Assembly: GCA_963422395.1 (NCBI GenBank)
Contig: OY729431.1
Coordinates: forward strand, 1,152,001-1,216,000
Origin: Vicinamibacteria bacterium
GTDB lineage: Bacteria > Acidobacteriota > Vicinamibacteria > Marinacidobacterales > Marinacidobacteraceae
Length of the DNA: 64,000 nt
Direction: 5' to 3'
Part shown: one piece after another, positions 22,365 through 31,415 of the stretch
Numbering within the stretch: the stretch's first letter is position 1
Layout: each line of letters opens with the position of its first letter
The notes under the pieces: model-generated
What the model saw: only the letters and a program-made list of their open reading frames with translations
Told to the model about the DNA's origin: nothing
The model's database searches: none
Translations under genes and position numbers: made by a program

Positions 22365-22516
22365 AAAAAACAGCTTGTTGCGCCCGAGGCTACGGCTCGG
22401 GCGCGGCGCAGCGGGGGAAAGTGTGAAAGGGGGTTCACCCCCGTTCACCGAATGGTGACTTCGAATCGCACTCGCTGCCGCCCGATCCGGTGCTGGCTGC
22501 GAACCGAACCGCTCGG
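22365..22516 (+). repeat. Structured repeat family A copy
   Basis: AAAAAAC...GTTGCGCCCGAG-loop-CTCGGGCGCGGCGCAGCGGGGGAAAGTGTGAAAGGGGG..CCCCCGTTCAC and the 3' end GAACCGCTCGG are shared with 56019-56260. Confidence 0.85.
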
Positions 22517-22554
22517 CCTTGCCGCGGTTCTGGAGTGTGTGCTAGCGTCTTGGC

Positions 22555-22738
22555 CGTTCATGAGGCGCGCGGACGGACTCTCTTCCCGGGCGCGCTTTTG
22601 CGGCATTCCGTGCTGAACCGGTCCGGCGGCCTGTCCTCCGTGGGACTGCCGGCAGTTGATCCGGGGCCTCTGGCGATGGCCTTTTCGCCTGCCGGTGCGA
22701 GCGAGCCCCCTGGGTTTCGGGACTTGTGCCGCCCATGA
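22555..22738 (+). ncRNA. Candidate structured RNA (6S-like rod) or phoH leader
   Basis: GCGGCA (22600-5) pairs with TGCCGC (22727-32), CTGAACC with GGTTTCGG, and CCGGCAG (22649-55) with CTGCCGG (22689-95). Promoter-like TTGCCG-N18-TAGCGT with an extended TG lies upstream. Confidence 0.3.
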
Positions 22739-23748
22739 CCCGCATCCCCATACCCGGGGAAGGTGGTCTCGCCTTCTTCGGCATCCGCGACCGCAACCTG
22801 CGCGCGCTCGAAGAGATCCTCGGGCTCACCCTGTCCAGTCGGGGAGAGGTGCTGCTCGCCGAGGGACCCGAGGATCAGATCGCGCTGCTCGCCGCGGCGC
22901 TCGAGGGCCTTGCGGCACTCCACCGTGACCTGGACCAGCGCTACCGGATGGCGGACCTGCGCGCTGCCCTCCGTATCCTGGGGCAGGATCCCGGCGCGTC
23001 CTTGCGCGAGTATTTCATCGAAACCGTGATCAACCCGTCGCCCGGGAAGGCGGTGCGGCCCCGCAGCTTGCGCCAACTCGAATATATCCGGGCGCTGCGG
23101 GCCAAGGACCTGGTGCTGGGGGTCGGCCCCGCGGGTACCGGCAAGACCTGGCTCGCGATGGCGGTGGCGGTGGAGGCGCTCAAAAGCCAGCAGGTGCGCC
23201 GCATCGTCCTCACTCGGCCGGCGGTCGAGGCAGGAGAAAAACTCGGCTTCCTGCCAGGCGATCTGATCGACAAGGTGGACCCCTATCTCCGCCCGCTCTA
23301 CGACGCTCTTCACGACATGATGGATCCCGAAAGAGCGCAGCGGCTCCGGGAACGGGGAGTGATCGAGATCGCGCCCATCGCCTTCATGCGGGGAAGGACC
23401 CTCAACGACGCATTCATCATCCTCGACGAGGCGCAGAACACGACTTCGGAGCAGATGAAGATGTTCCTCACCCGCATGGGCAACGGGACTCGCGCGGTGG
23501 TCACCGGGGACATCACTCAGAACGACCTCCCGCCGGGGCGGATCAGCGGGCTCGTGGAATCGCTCGAAGTGATCGGCCATCTCGAAGGTGTCGGGCTCGT
23601 ACAGCTGGAAGAGAGCGATGTCGTCCGCCACCGGCTCGTCCAGGCCATCGTCCGCGCCTACGCCCGAAGCGAACAGGCGCGAAAGCGGTCCCGGCCCCAG
23701 GCAGGCTTCGAGGTTCGGCCGGCCCTCGCAGCCGGCACCTCCGGATGA
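22735..23748 (+). CDS. phoH: PhoH-family ATPase
   Basis: GPAGTGKT, RPAVEAGEKLGFLPG, AFMRGRT, LDEAQN, DVVRHRLV. Confidence 0.95.
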   Translation: MTRIPIPGEGGLAFFGIRDRNLRALEEILGLTLSSRGEVLLAEGPEDQIALLAAALEGLAALHRDLDQRYRMADLRAALRILGQDPGASLREYFIETVINPSPGKAVRPRSLRQLEYIRALRAKDLVLGVGPAGTGKTWLAMAVAVEALKSQQVRRIVLTRPAVEAGEKLGFLPGDLIDKVDPYLRPLYDALHDMMDPERAQRLRERGVIEIAPIAFMRGRTLNDAFIILDEAQNTTSEQMKMFLTRMGNGTRAVVTGDITQNDLPPGRISGLVESLEVIGHLEGVGLVQLEESDVVRHRLVQAIVRAYARSEQARKRSRPQAGFEVRPALAAGTSG

Positions 23749-23761
23749 CGACCGCCGCGCG

Positions 23762-26008
23762 ATGATGGGCCGGCAGCCCGCTTCCCGTCTGTCGCTGCGC
23801 TCTCTCGCACTCCGCGCCCGCGACGCGCTCTTCGAGCGGACCCGGCTCGTCGTATCCCTTTTCGCCCTCGCTATCGGGCTTCTCATCTGGCCGGGGCTCG
23901 GCCTCCGGGCGCCCCTCTACGAAATCGGGCAGGTCGCTCCGCGCACCGTCCGCGCTGCGAGCGATCTGACCTACGAGGACGCTGCGGCCACCGAGATGCG
24001 ACGGCGAGAGGCCGTGGAACTAGTGCCGGATGTGTATGACTTCGACGCCCAGGCCCGGGAGCGGGTGCGCTCGCAGATCGCCCGGGCTTTCGAGTTCGGG
24101 AGGGCGGCGTTCGAATCCGGAACGGCCGGAGATCCGGAGTTCTCCGAGACCTTCGCGGTGACCCTGGGCTCCGAAGTGACCGCGCTCGAAATGCAGCTCC
24201 TGGTCGAGCTCGAGTTCGCCGAGGAAGTGGAACAGAGTCTCGCCGATACGGTGGCCAGCCTTCTCGCCCGCGACATCCTGCGGCAGAAGGGGGCGCTGGC
24301 GGCGCTCGGTCGGCCGATCCAGCGCCACGATGCTGAAAGCGGGCAGTCGACCGTCCTCGTGGACTATTCCAATGCCCTCTCCCTCGAGGAAGCCCGCGAG
24401 GCAGCCCGACTGCAGATTCTCGCGCTCTCCGATCTGAGCCGCACCCGCCGCCAGGCGCTCGCCGAGTTCGGGGCGTCGCTCCTCATGCCGACTCTCGAGC
24501 GGGACGAGGTGGAAACCCTCCACCTGCGCAGTGAGGCGGAGCGGACGGTGGACCCGGTCGTCATCCAGGTGCGCCGCGGGCGGACCATCGTGCGGGCCGG
24601 CGACGAGGTCACCGAGCTGGCACACCGCCAACTCCAGGAGATGCGGGCTCCGGAGGTGGGGGCTTCCGGCTGGGCAGGGGGCGGGGCGATGGTTTTCGCG
24701 CTGGTGCTCGTGCTGCTCCTGCAAACGCTGCTGATTCCCGCACGAACCGTCCGGCGTTGGCAGGTTCTCGCCTTCGTCATGGCCGGGACGGTGATCGTGC
24801 TCCATCTCGGCCTCACCCGAATCCTCGGATTCCTGGGCCGCGCGGTGGCCGCCCAGATGGTCAGCGAGCCTTTCTCCGATCCGTCGGTCTATGTCTGGGT
24901 GGTCCCTTTCGCCTCGGCGGCGCTCCTGATGGTGATCCTCGAGAATCAGCCGTCGGCGGTCGTCACCCAGACCCTCTTCGCCACCGCGCTGGCGCTGATG
25001 ACCGGGAACCTCACTCTCGGCCTCTTCGCGCTGATGACCGGCTTCGCTGCGATCTTCTTCTACCAACGCTCGGAACGGCGGGCGCAACTGCTCGGAGTCG
25101 GCGCGCTCGTGGGCCTGACCGGCGCTGGACTCATCATCGCCATGGAACTGGTGCGCGGTGGGTTCGAGGGGGTTCCCCGGCTGTCCCTGGAGGCGGCGAG
25201 TGCGTTCTTCGCCGGGCTGCTCTCCGCCCCGCTGGTCATCCTGCTCCTTCCGCTCTTCGAAGTGCTCTTCGAGCGGACGAGTGAAATGCGCCTGATGGAG
25301 CTTTCGCAGCGCGACAATTACGCCCTGCGCCAGCTGGCGCTCAGCGCTCCGGGCACCTACCAGCACAGCGTCACGGTAGGGATGCTCTCGGAAACCGCTG
25401 CCAATGAGATCGGGGCGAACGGGGCCTTTTGCGCTACCGCGGCGCTCTACCACGACATCGGCAAGCTGCACCGCGCCGGATACTTCGTCGAGAACACGCG
25501 CGGCGAAACGCCGCACGATCAGCTGGCCCCGGAGAAGAGCGCCGACATCATCCGCAAACATGTGACCGAGGGGGTCGAGACCGCCGAGCGATTGAATCTC
25601 CCGAAAGACATCGTGGATGTGATCCCCCAGCACCACGGCACCCGGATCATCCGGGTCTTCTACGAAAAGGCGAAGGCGGCGGCGGCGGAGAACGGACACC
25701 CTGTCGATGAGAGCTGCTTCCGCTACGACGGCCCGAAGCCCCAGACTCGGGAAGCGGCGATCATCATGATCGCGGACAGCGTCGAGGCCGCCGCCCGCAG
25801 CCTCAAGGATCCGACTCGATCCGAATTCGAGCAGGTGATCGACAGGATCAGCGAAGCGATCGTCCAGGACGATCAGCTCACCGAATGCGACCTCACCCTG
25901 AGCGACATGGACCGCATCCGGAGGAGTTTTCTCGCGACCCTCGAAGGGGTCCATCACGAACGGTTGCCGTATCCGGGGTTCGATTTCAGGAAGCGGCCGC
26001 GTGGGTGA
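23762..26008 (+). CDS. 7TM-HD phosphohydrolase (PgpH-like)
   Basis: N-terminal TM, large extracytoplasmic domain, multiple TMs, then APGTYQHS, YHDIGK, QHHGT, ADSVEAAARS. Confidence 0.9.
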   Translation: MMGRQPASRLSLRSLALRARDALFERTRLVVSLFALAIGLLIWPGLGLRAPLYEIGQVAPRTVRAASDLTYEDAAATEMRRREAVELVPDVYDFDAQARERVRSQIARAFEFGRAAFESGTAGDPEFSETFAVTLGSEVTALEMQLLVELEFAEEVEQSLADTVASLLARDILRQKGALAALGRPIQRHDAESGQSTVLVDYSNALSLEEAREAARLQILALSDLSRTRRQALAEFGASLLMPTLERDEVETLHLRSEAERTVDPVVIQVRRGRTIVRAGDEVTELAHRQLQEMRAPEVGASGWAGGGAMVFALVLVLLLQTLLIPARTVRRWQVLAFVMAGTVIVLHLGLTRILGFLGRAVAAQMVSEPFSDPSVYVWVVPFASAALLMVILENQPSAVVTQTLFATALALMTGNLTLGLFALMTGFAAIFFYQRSERRAQLLGVGALVGLTGAGLIIAMELVRGGFEGVPRLSLEAASAFFAGLLSAPLVILLLPLFEVLFERTSEMRLMELSQRDNYALRQLALSAPGTYQHSVTVGMLSETAANEIGANGAFCATAALYHDIGKLHRAGYFVENTRGETPHDQLAPEKSADIIRKHVTEGVETAERLNLPKDIVDVIPQHHGTRIIRVFYEKAKAAAAENGHPVDESCFRYDGPKPQTREAAIIMIADSVEAAARSLKDPTRSEFEQVIDRISEAIVQDDQLTECDLTLSDMDRIRRSFLATLEGVHHERLPYPGFDFRKRPRG

Positions 26009-26528
26009 AATCGGAGGCGCCGCGGTTCTCGGAAACGGGGCTTGCGAAAGCGCGGACGGAGAGGATCACCCCCCCGAACCGGCGCGGTTCGTGATCCAGA
26101 ACCGCCAGCGCGCCCTCCCGGTGGACCGGCGGGGCCTGGCGGATTTCCTCGAAGGCGTTGCGGACGATGTCGCACCGGGAGATCGACGCGGTGCGACCGT
26201 GCGGATCGTTCCCGACGAGGGCATCCGCCTGCTGAACCGGTGCTATCGGAATCGGGATGGCCCCACCGATGTGCTCGCTTTTCCCGCCGATCCGTTTCCG
26301 CCCGGGGAGCCCCCCTATCTCGGCGATCTGGTGATCTCGGCGGAAACGGCGGTGCGGCAGGCCCGCGCGCGCGGCTGGCCGCTTCATGTCGAGCTGCGCA
26401 CGCTGGCGCTCCACGGATTGCTCCACCTGTTCGGATACGACCATGAGCGGGACCACGGCGAGATGGCCCGCCTCGAACGCCTCCTTCGCCGTCGGCACGG
26501 CTTGGATGCCCGGGGAGGCTCCGAGTGA
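26001..26528 (+). CDS. ybeY: rRNA maturation endoribonuclease YbeY
   Basis: LNRCYR..PTDVLAF, LGDLVIS, HGLLHLFGYDH. Confidence 0.95.
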   Translation: MGEIGGAAVLGNGACESADGEDHPPEPARFVIQNRQRALPVDRRGLADFLEGVADDVAPGDRRGATVRIVPDEGIRLLNRCYRNRDGPTDVLAFPADPFPPGEPPYLGDLVISAETAVRQARARGWPLHVELRTLALHGLLHLFGYDHERDHGEMARLERLLRRRHGLDARGGSE

Positions 26529-27772
26529 CGCTCATGTGGATCCTGGGCCTTGCGGCCGCCGCCGGGCTCGTCGCTCTCTTCGCGCTCTTCGAGATCGCCT
26601 TCTTCGCGTCCGGCCCGATCGTCATCCGCGCCTTGGGGGAAGGGGTGGAAGAGGGAAGAACCCTTCGGGAGCGTCTCGCCGATCCAATCGCGATACTCCT
26701 TCCGGCCCGTCTGGGCCTCTTGACCGCCGCAGCGCTCGCGGTGGCGGCTCTCGACGGGTTGGGCCTCGGGAGGTCCCCGTTCCTCTGGGGGGTCGGGCTC
26801 TTCCTTCCCGGCTGGTTCGTCTTCCGGGAGCTCGTTCCGGCGGCGGTATTGCTCCGCGATCCCGAAGATGTGCTGCCGCCGCTGCTGCCGTGGTTTCGGA
26901 GGTGGGAACGCTTGGTCCGACCCGTCGCCGAGCCGCTCCGCCGTCTGCTGCGGCGAGGGGTTCCGCTTTCCGCCGAGCCGGACGACGAGGCGTCCGAGGA
27001 GGAAGTCGAAGCGTTTTTGGAGACCGGCGAAGAGGAAGGCATTCTGGAAGCGGAGGAGGCGGCCATGGTGCGGGGAGTGCTCGAACTCGACGAGATGCTC
27101 GTGCGCGAGGTCATGACTCCCCGTCCGAATGTCGTCTCGGTGTCCGGTGAGGCCGGGCGCCCCGAGGTCGAGACCCTGATCGCGGGGAGCCGCCACCACC
27201 GCATCCCGGTATTCGGCGCGAGGGATCAGGTGTTCGGAGTGGTGGACGCGGTGGACCTCATCGCGGTTCCGCAGGACGGCGGCGGGCTCGACTCGCTGCT
27301 GCGCGAGGTTCCGGTGGTTCCGGAGACCAAGCGGGTGGACGACCTGCTGCGTGAGTTCAAGCTGACGAAGCAGACTTTCGCCGTGGTGGTGGACGAGCAC
27401 GCGAGCGTTTCCGGAATCGTCACTCTGCGTGACATCTCCGAAGAGATCGTCGGAGAGGTGCGCGAGGACCCCGGTCCGGAAGAGGCCGACCTCATCCCCG
27501 AGCCCGGTGGATCTTTCCTGGTCCGGGGCGGGGCCGAACTCGACGGCGTGGCCCAGGCGACCGGTTTTTCCTTCCCCGAGTCCCTCAACGGAGCGTCCTT
27601 CGACACCATGTCCGGTTTCGTGCTGGCGGCCTGGCGCCGGATTCCCGCGGCAGGCGAGATGATCGAGCGGGACGGGATCACCATCGAGGTCGTGGATGCG
27701 GATGAACGGCGAATCCACCGGGTGCGCATCACCCCCGCCGGCGCCCTCGGCACACCGCGGGCAACCTCCTGA
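26525..27772 (+). CDS. Hemolysin/CorC-family CBS-domain membrane protein
   Basis: N-terminal TMs, VREVMTPR, HHRIPV, VVDEH..SGIVTLRDI, C-terminal CorC_HlyC-like domain. Confidence 0.9.
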   Translation: MTLMWILGLAAAAGLVALFALFEIAFFASGPIVIRALGEGVEEGRTLRERLADPIAILLPARLGLLTAAALAVAALDGLGLGRSPFLWGVGLFLPGWFVFRELVPAAVLLRDPEDVLPPLLPWFRRWERLVRPVAEPLRRLLRRGVPLSAEPDDEASEEEVEAFLETGEEEGILEAEEAAMVRGVLELDEMLVREVMTPRPNVVSVSGEAGRPEVETLIAGSRHHRIPVFGARDQVFGVVDAVDLIAVPQDGGGLDSLLREVPVVPETKRVDDLLREFKLTKQTFAVVVDEHASVSGIVTLRDISEEIVGEVREDPGPEEADLIPEPGGSFLVRGGAELDGVAQATGFSFPESLNGASFDTMSGFVLAAWRRIPAAGEMIERDGITIEVVDADERRIHRVRITPAGALGTPRATS

Positions 27773-28738
27773 ATGGAGCCTCCACCGGCCGAATTGCCGG
27801 AGCTTCTCGCGGACACCGGTCATCGGGCCGGTTTCGTCGCCATCATCGGCCTTCCTGGAGCGGGGAAGTCCACTCTCCTGAACCGTCTCGTCGGTCAGCA
27901 GCTCGCGATCGTCAGCCCGAAGCCTCAGACCACCCGCCGTAGAATTCTGGGGATCGCCCGCCGCCCCGGCGTCGAGATGATCCTGCTCGACACTCCGGGA
28001 ATCCATCGGCCGCGCACCGGTCTCGGGCGCGTCATGATGCGCACTGTCACCCAGAGTCTCGGAGGAGCCGATCTGGCGCTTTGTGTGGTGGACGGCACGA
28101 AACCGGTATCGGGAGGTGTCGCCTCGCTGTTCCGACGCCTCGATGGCTTTCCCGGCCCGCAGGTCGTCGGCATCAACAAGATCGATGCGGCGCCGCCAGC
28201 CCGGATCCGGGAGCTCCTGGCTTTTTGCCGGGAACGCCGCCCGGACGGGGTCCTCGCCTTCTCGGCGCGCACCGGCGCGGGTGTGGAAGGCGGCGGACCG
28301 GACGGGGGCGTTCCCGCGCCCCTCGTCGAGACCCTCGTGGACCGCCTGCCGTTGAGCCCGCCGCTCTACGCCGAAGATCAGATCACGGATCTCCCCGAAG
28401 CGTTCTTCGCGTCCGAGATCGTGCGCGAGCGGCTCCTGGGGAACCTGCGTCAGGAGGTGCCCCATGCAGCAGCGGTCCGGATCGAGGGATACGACCACCG
28501 CGGCGATCTGGTGCGCATCGCCGCTTCCCTGCTGCTCGACCGCGATTCGCAGCGCGGTATCGTGATCGGCCGCTCCGGCCGGATGCTGAAGCGCATCGGG
28601 ACCGAGGCGCGCCTCGCGATCGAAAAACGGCTCGGCAGGCGCGTCTTCCTGGATCTCACGGTCAAGGTGCGGGCAGGCTGGCGGGACAACCCCGGAATCC
28701 TCCGGGATGTCCTTGACTGGCCGGGGGATTCCGCCTAA
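27773..28738 (+). CDS. era: GTPase Era
   Basis: GLPGAGKSTLLN, KPQTTR, DTPG, NKID, KH domain with GIVIGRSG. Confidence 0.96.
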   Translation: MEPPPAELPELLADTGHRAGFVAIIGLPGAGKSTLLNRLVGQQLAIVSPKPQTTRRRILGIARRPGVEMILLDTPGIHRPRTGLGRVMMRTVTQSLGGADLALCVVDGTKPVSGGVASLFRRLDGFPGPQVVGINKIDAAPPARIRELLAFCRERRPDGVLAFSARTGAGVEGGGPDGGVPAPLVETLVDRLPLSPPLYAEDQITDLPEAFFASEIVRERLLGNLRQEVPHAAAVRIEGYDHRGDLVRIAASLLLDRDSQRGIVIGRSGRMLKRIGTEARLAIEKRLGRRVFLDLTVKVRAGWRDNPGILRDVLDWPGDSA

Positions 28739-28795
28739 AATTCCCCTCTCCCGGATGGGTGCAGCGGTGCCCTTCGGGATTCGAGTCCCCCTACT

Positions 28796-29113
28796 ATGCT
28801 GAACATCAGGCTTGCCAGGACCGGCCGGAAGCGCGATGCCCATTTCCGGGTCGTTATCTCGGATTCCGTCCAGGGGCGGGTGGGGCGCATCGTGGAAACC
28901 GTGGGCCATTACCACCCGCGGCTGCCCAACGACGCGGAGGATCGGCTCCACATCGATCGGGACCGGGTTCGCTACTGGCTCGGGAACGGGGCGAAGCCGA
29001 GCCCTACGGTACGGAGTTTCCTGAAGGGTCTGTCCACCGATCCGATCGATTCTGCTCCGGAAAGACTCGAAGAAACAGAAGAGACACTCGAACCGGCCAG
29101 CCAGACCGGGTAG
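28796..29113 (+). CDS. rpsP: 30S ribosomal protein S16
   Basis: IRLARTGRK..FRVV, YWLGNGAKPSPTV. Confidence 0.93.
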   Translation: MLNIRLARTGRKRDAHFRVVISDSVQGRVGRIVETVGHYHPRLPNDAEDRLHIDRDRVRYWLGNGAKPSPTVRSFLKGLSTDPIDSAPERLEETEETLEPASQTG

Positions 29114-29311
29114 CGCGGTCGGAAGCGGTCCCGGGTCGCGCCGGGTCTTGGATCGCCGATACTGGCGGAGGCGGCCTTGCTGACAATCCCTCGGAACGAC
29201 ATCCTCTGAAGAGTTGCTGACGAGCTCCTGAAGAATCCCTTACGGATCGAATTCCCCACCGGACGAGCGTGACCAGGGATCCGGGGACCCGAACGGAAGG
29301 CATTCAGGATC

Positions 29312-29908
29312 ATGGCTCGCACCGAAACGCCCCCGAATTCCGAATCTCCTCCGGGTGTCGCATCGCCTGCGGAGCGTGAAACCGCCGATGTAGTCGTCGG
29401 GCGGATCGTCCGGCCTTTCGGCAGGCAGGGCGAGGTCGTCGTCGAGCCGCTGGTCGACGACCCCGGCCGTTTCCTCGAACTCGCCGCCGCCGAGGTCGGC
29501 CGCGCCGGGGTCGAGGGCGTGCGGCGCACCCTCGATTCGGTGCGCCTCCACAAGGGGCGCCCGGTCGTCGGGTTCTCCGGGATCACCGATATCGGCGGGG
29601 CGGAGGGGTTGCGGGGCGCAGAGGTCCGCATCCACTCCACGGAGCGGGCCCCGCTGCCCGAGGGCCGCTTCTACCACGACGATCTGGTCGGCTGTCAGGC
29701 TGAGAGCCCGGAGGGAATCCGGCTCGGCGAGATCGTCGCGGTGGAGGACACCGCAGGCCCCAGCCTGCTCGTCCTCGAAACCCCCGCCGGCTCGGAAGAC
29801 CTGGTTCCTTTCGTCGAGGCGCTCTGCGTCTCGGTGGACCTCGACGAGGCGCGCGTCGTCCTCGATCTGCCGGAAGGCCTCGTCGGCCTCAACAGCCATG
29901 CGCGTTGA
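29312..29908 (+). CDS. rimM: Ribosome maturation factor RimM
   Basis: VGRIVRPFGRQGEV, FYHDDLVG, LVPFV. Synteny with rpsP and trmD. Confidence 0.94.
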   Translation: MARTETPPNSESPPGVASPAERETADVVVGRIVRPFGRQGEVVVEPLVDDPGRFLELAAAEVGRAGVEGVRRTLDSVRLHKGRPVVGFSGITDIGGAEGLRGAEVRIHSTERAPLPEGRFYHDDLVGCQAESPEGIRLGEIVAVEDTAGPSLLVLETPAGSEDLVPFVEALCVSVDLDEARVVLDLPEGLVGLNSHAR

Positions 29909-30653
29909 CATCCTGACGCTCTTCCCAGACATGTTCCGCGAGGTCTTCGACCACGGAATCGTCCGGAGGGCGCGGCAGGCGGGGCTCATCGAAATCGGGA
30001 CGCACGCACTCACCGCCTGGACCGGGGGGAGTTTCCAGCGGGCCGACGACGCTCCCTACGGCGGCGGGCCGGGCATGGTGATGCGGGTGGAACCGTTGCT
30101 CGCCGCGGTGGAAGAGATCGCCGAGCTCGACTCGCGTCCGGCCCGGATCGTGCTCCTGTCACCCCGCGGCCGCCCCCTGTGCCAGACCTTCGTCGGGGAA
30201 CTCGCCGGCGAACCGCGGCTGCTGCTGGTCGCGGGACGCTACGAAGGGGTGGACGAGCGCTTCGTGGGGCTTGCGAGAGCGGAGGAGGTTTCCATCGGGG
30301 ACTATGTCCTTTCCGGCGGCGAGATTCCGGCGATGGTCCTGGTGGATGCGGTGACCCGGCTGCTTCCCGGCGCCGTCGGCGGCTCCGATTCGGTCGCCGA
30401 CGAGTCGTTTTCCAATGGGTTGCTGGAACACGCCCAGTACACCCGTCCGCCGATGTTCCGGGGGCAGGCGGTGCCTCCGGTGCTTCTCTCGGGCGATCAC
30501 GAAGCGGTGCGGCGTTTTCGCTTCGAGCAATCCGTGGAGCTGACCCGGCGGCGCCGCCCCGACCTCTACCGATCGTCGCCGGCTGGGTTTCGAGCTCGCC
30601 GGAACCGCTGCGATCCGCGAGGTCTTGACGATTCCAAGGAGAGAACATCATGA
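29898..30653 (+). CDS. trmD: tRNA (guanine37-N1)-methyltransferase
   Basis: DDAPYGGGPGMVM, GRYEGVDER, SIGDYVLSGGE, YTRP. Confidence 0.98.
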   Translation: MRVDILTLFPDMFREVFDHGIVRRARQAGLIEIGTHALTAWTGGSFQRADDAPYGGGPGMVMRVEPLLAAVEEIAELDSRPARIVLLSPRGRPLCQTFVGELAGEPRLLLVAGRYEGVDERFVGLARAEEVSIGDYVLSGGEIPAMVLVDAVTRLLPGAVGGSDSVADESFSNGLLEHAQYTRPPMFRGQAVPPVLLSGDHEAVRRFRFEQSVELTRRRRPDLYRSSPAGFRARRNRCDPRGLDDSKERTS

Positions 30654-31123
30654 GTTCGAGCCAGCAGAGAGAGCCTCTCGCCAAGGCTGCGCCTTCCGCT
30701 GCGGAGGCCGGAGCGCTCGCCGTTTCGGCGGAAGATGCGAAAGTCGCTGGGGAGACGGCGCGCCGTCTGTCGCCCGCCGCCGAGGTGATCCGGGCGTTGG
30801 AGGCCGCAGATCTGAAGGCCGACCGACCCGGGCTCCATCCCGGCGATGCGGTCCGGGTCCACGCGACCATCCGCGAGGGAGACCGGGAGCGCATCCAAGT
30901 CTTCGAAGGAATCCTGATCGCCATGAAACACGGCGGCAACCGCCGCACGATCACGGTGCGGAAGACATCCTTCGGAGTGCCCGTCGAGCGGATCTTCCCC
31001 CTGCATTCGCCGCTCATCGCCAAGGTCGAAGTAGTCCGTTCGCACCATGTACGGCGGGCCAAGCTGTATTTCCTGCGCAAGCGCAAGGGCAAGGCAGCCA
31101 GACTCCGCGAAAGGCGTCGTTAA
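30650..31123 (+). CDS. rplS: 50S ribosomal protein L19
   Basis: GDAVRVH..IREG..ERIQVFEG, VERIFP, VRRAKLYFLR. Confidence 0.97.
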   Translation: MSSSQQREPLAKAAPSAAEAGALAVSAEDAKVAGETARRLSPAAEVIRALEAADLKADRPGLHPGDAVRVHATIREGDRERIQVFEGILIAMKHGGNRRTITVRKTSFGVPVERIFPLHSPLIAKVEVVRSHHVRRAKLYFLRKRKGKAARLRERRR

Positions 31124-31368
31124 CAGCCCGTGGACAAAGTCACACGGCATTTGCCGAGTAGCGAGGGGCTTCCGGTCGAGGACACCCGATCGGGAACCTC
31201 CCGCTCTCCGGTGTGTTCGCGGGGCCTTCCTGGCTCCGCAGGGAGCACCCGGCGAAAGGCCGGGCGTTGCGATTCGGTCGGAATACGCCCGGTATGCCTC
31301 CCGAATCGCGCCTCGTCCGCCGCGCGCCTCTCCGGTCTCGGGGCTCGCGCCACTTCATCCTCAGACTG
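31124..31368 (+). mobile_element. MITE-like structured repeat family B, copy 1
   Basis: Left end CAGCCCGTGGACAAAGT and right end ACTTCATCCTCAGACTG form an imperfect 17-bp inverted repeat. Internal hairpins. Homologous to 38881-39077. Confidence 0.65.
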
Positions 31369-31415
31369 CTGGCAGGACGAAGGCACGGACTGCTAGCGCT
31401 GGCCGCGGCGGGCGG

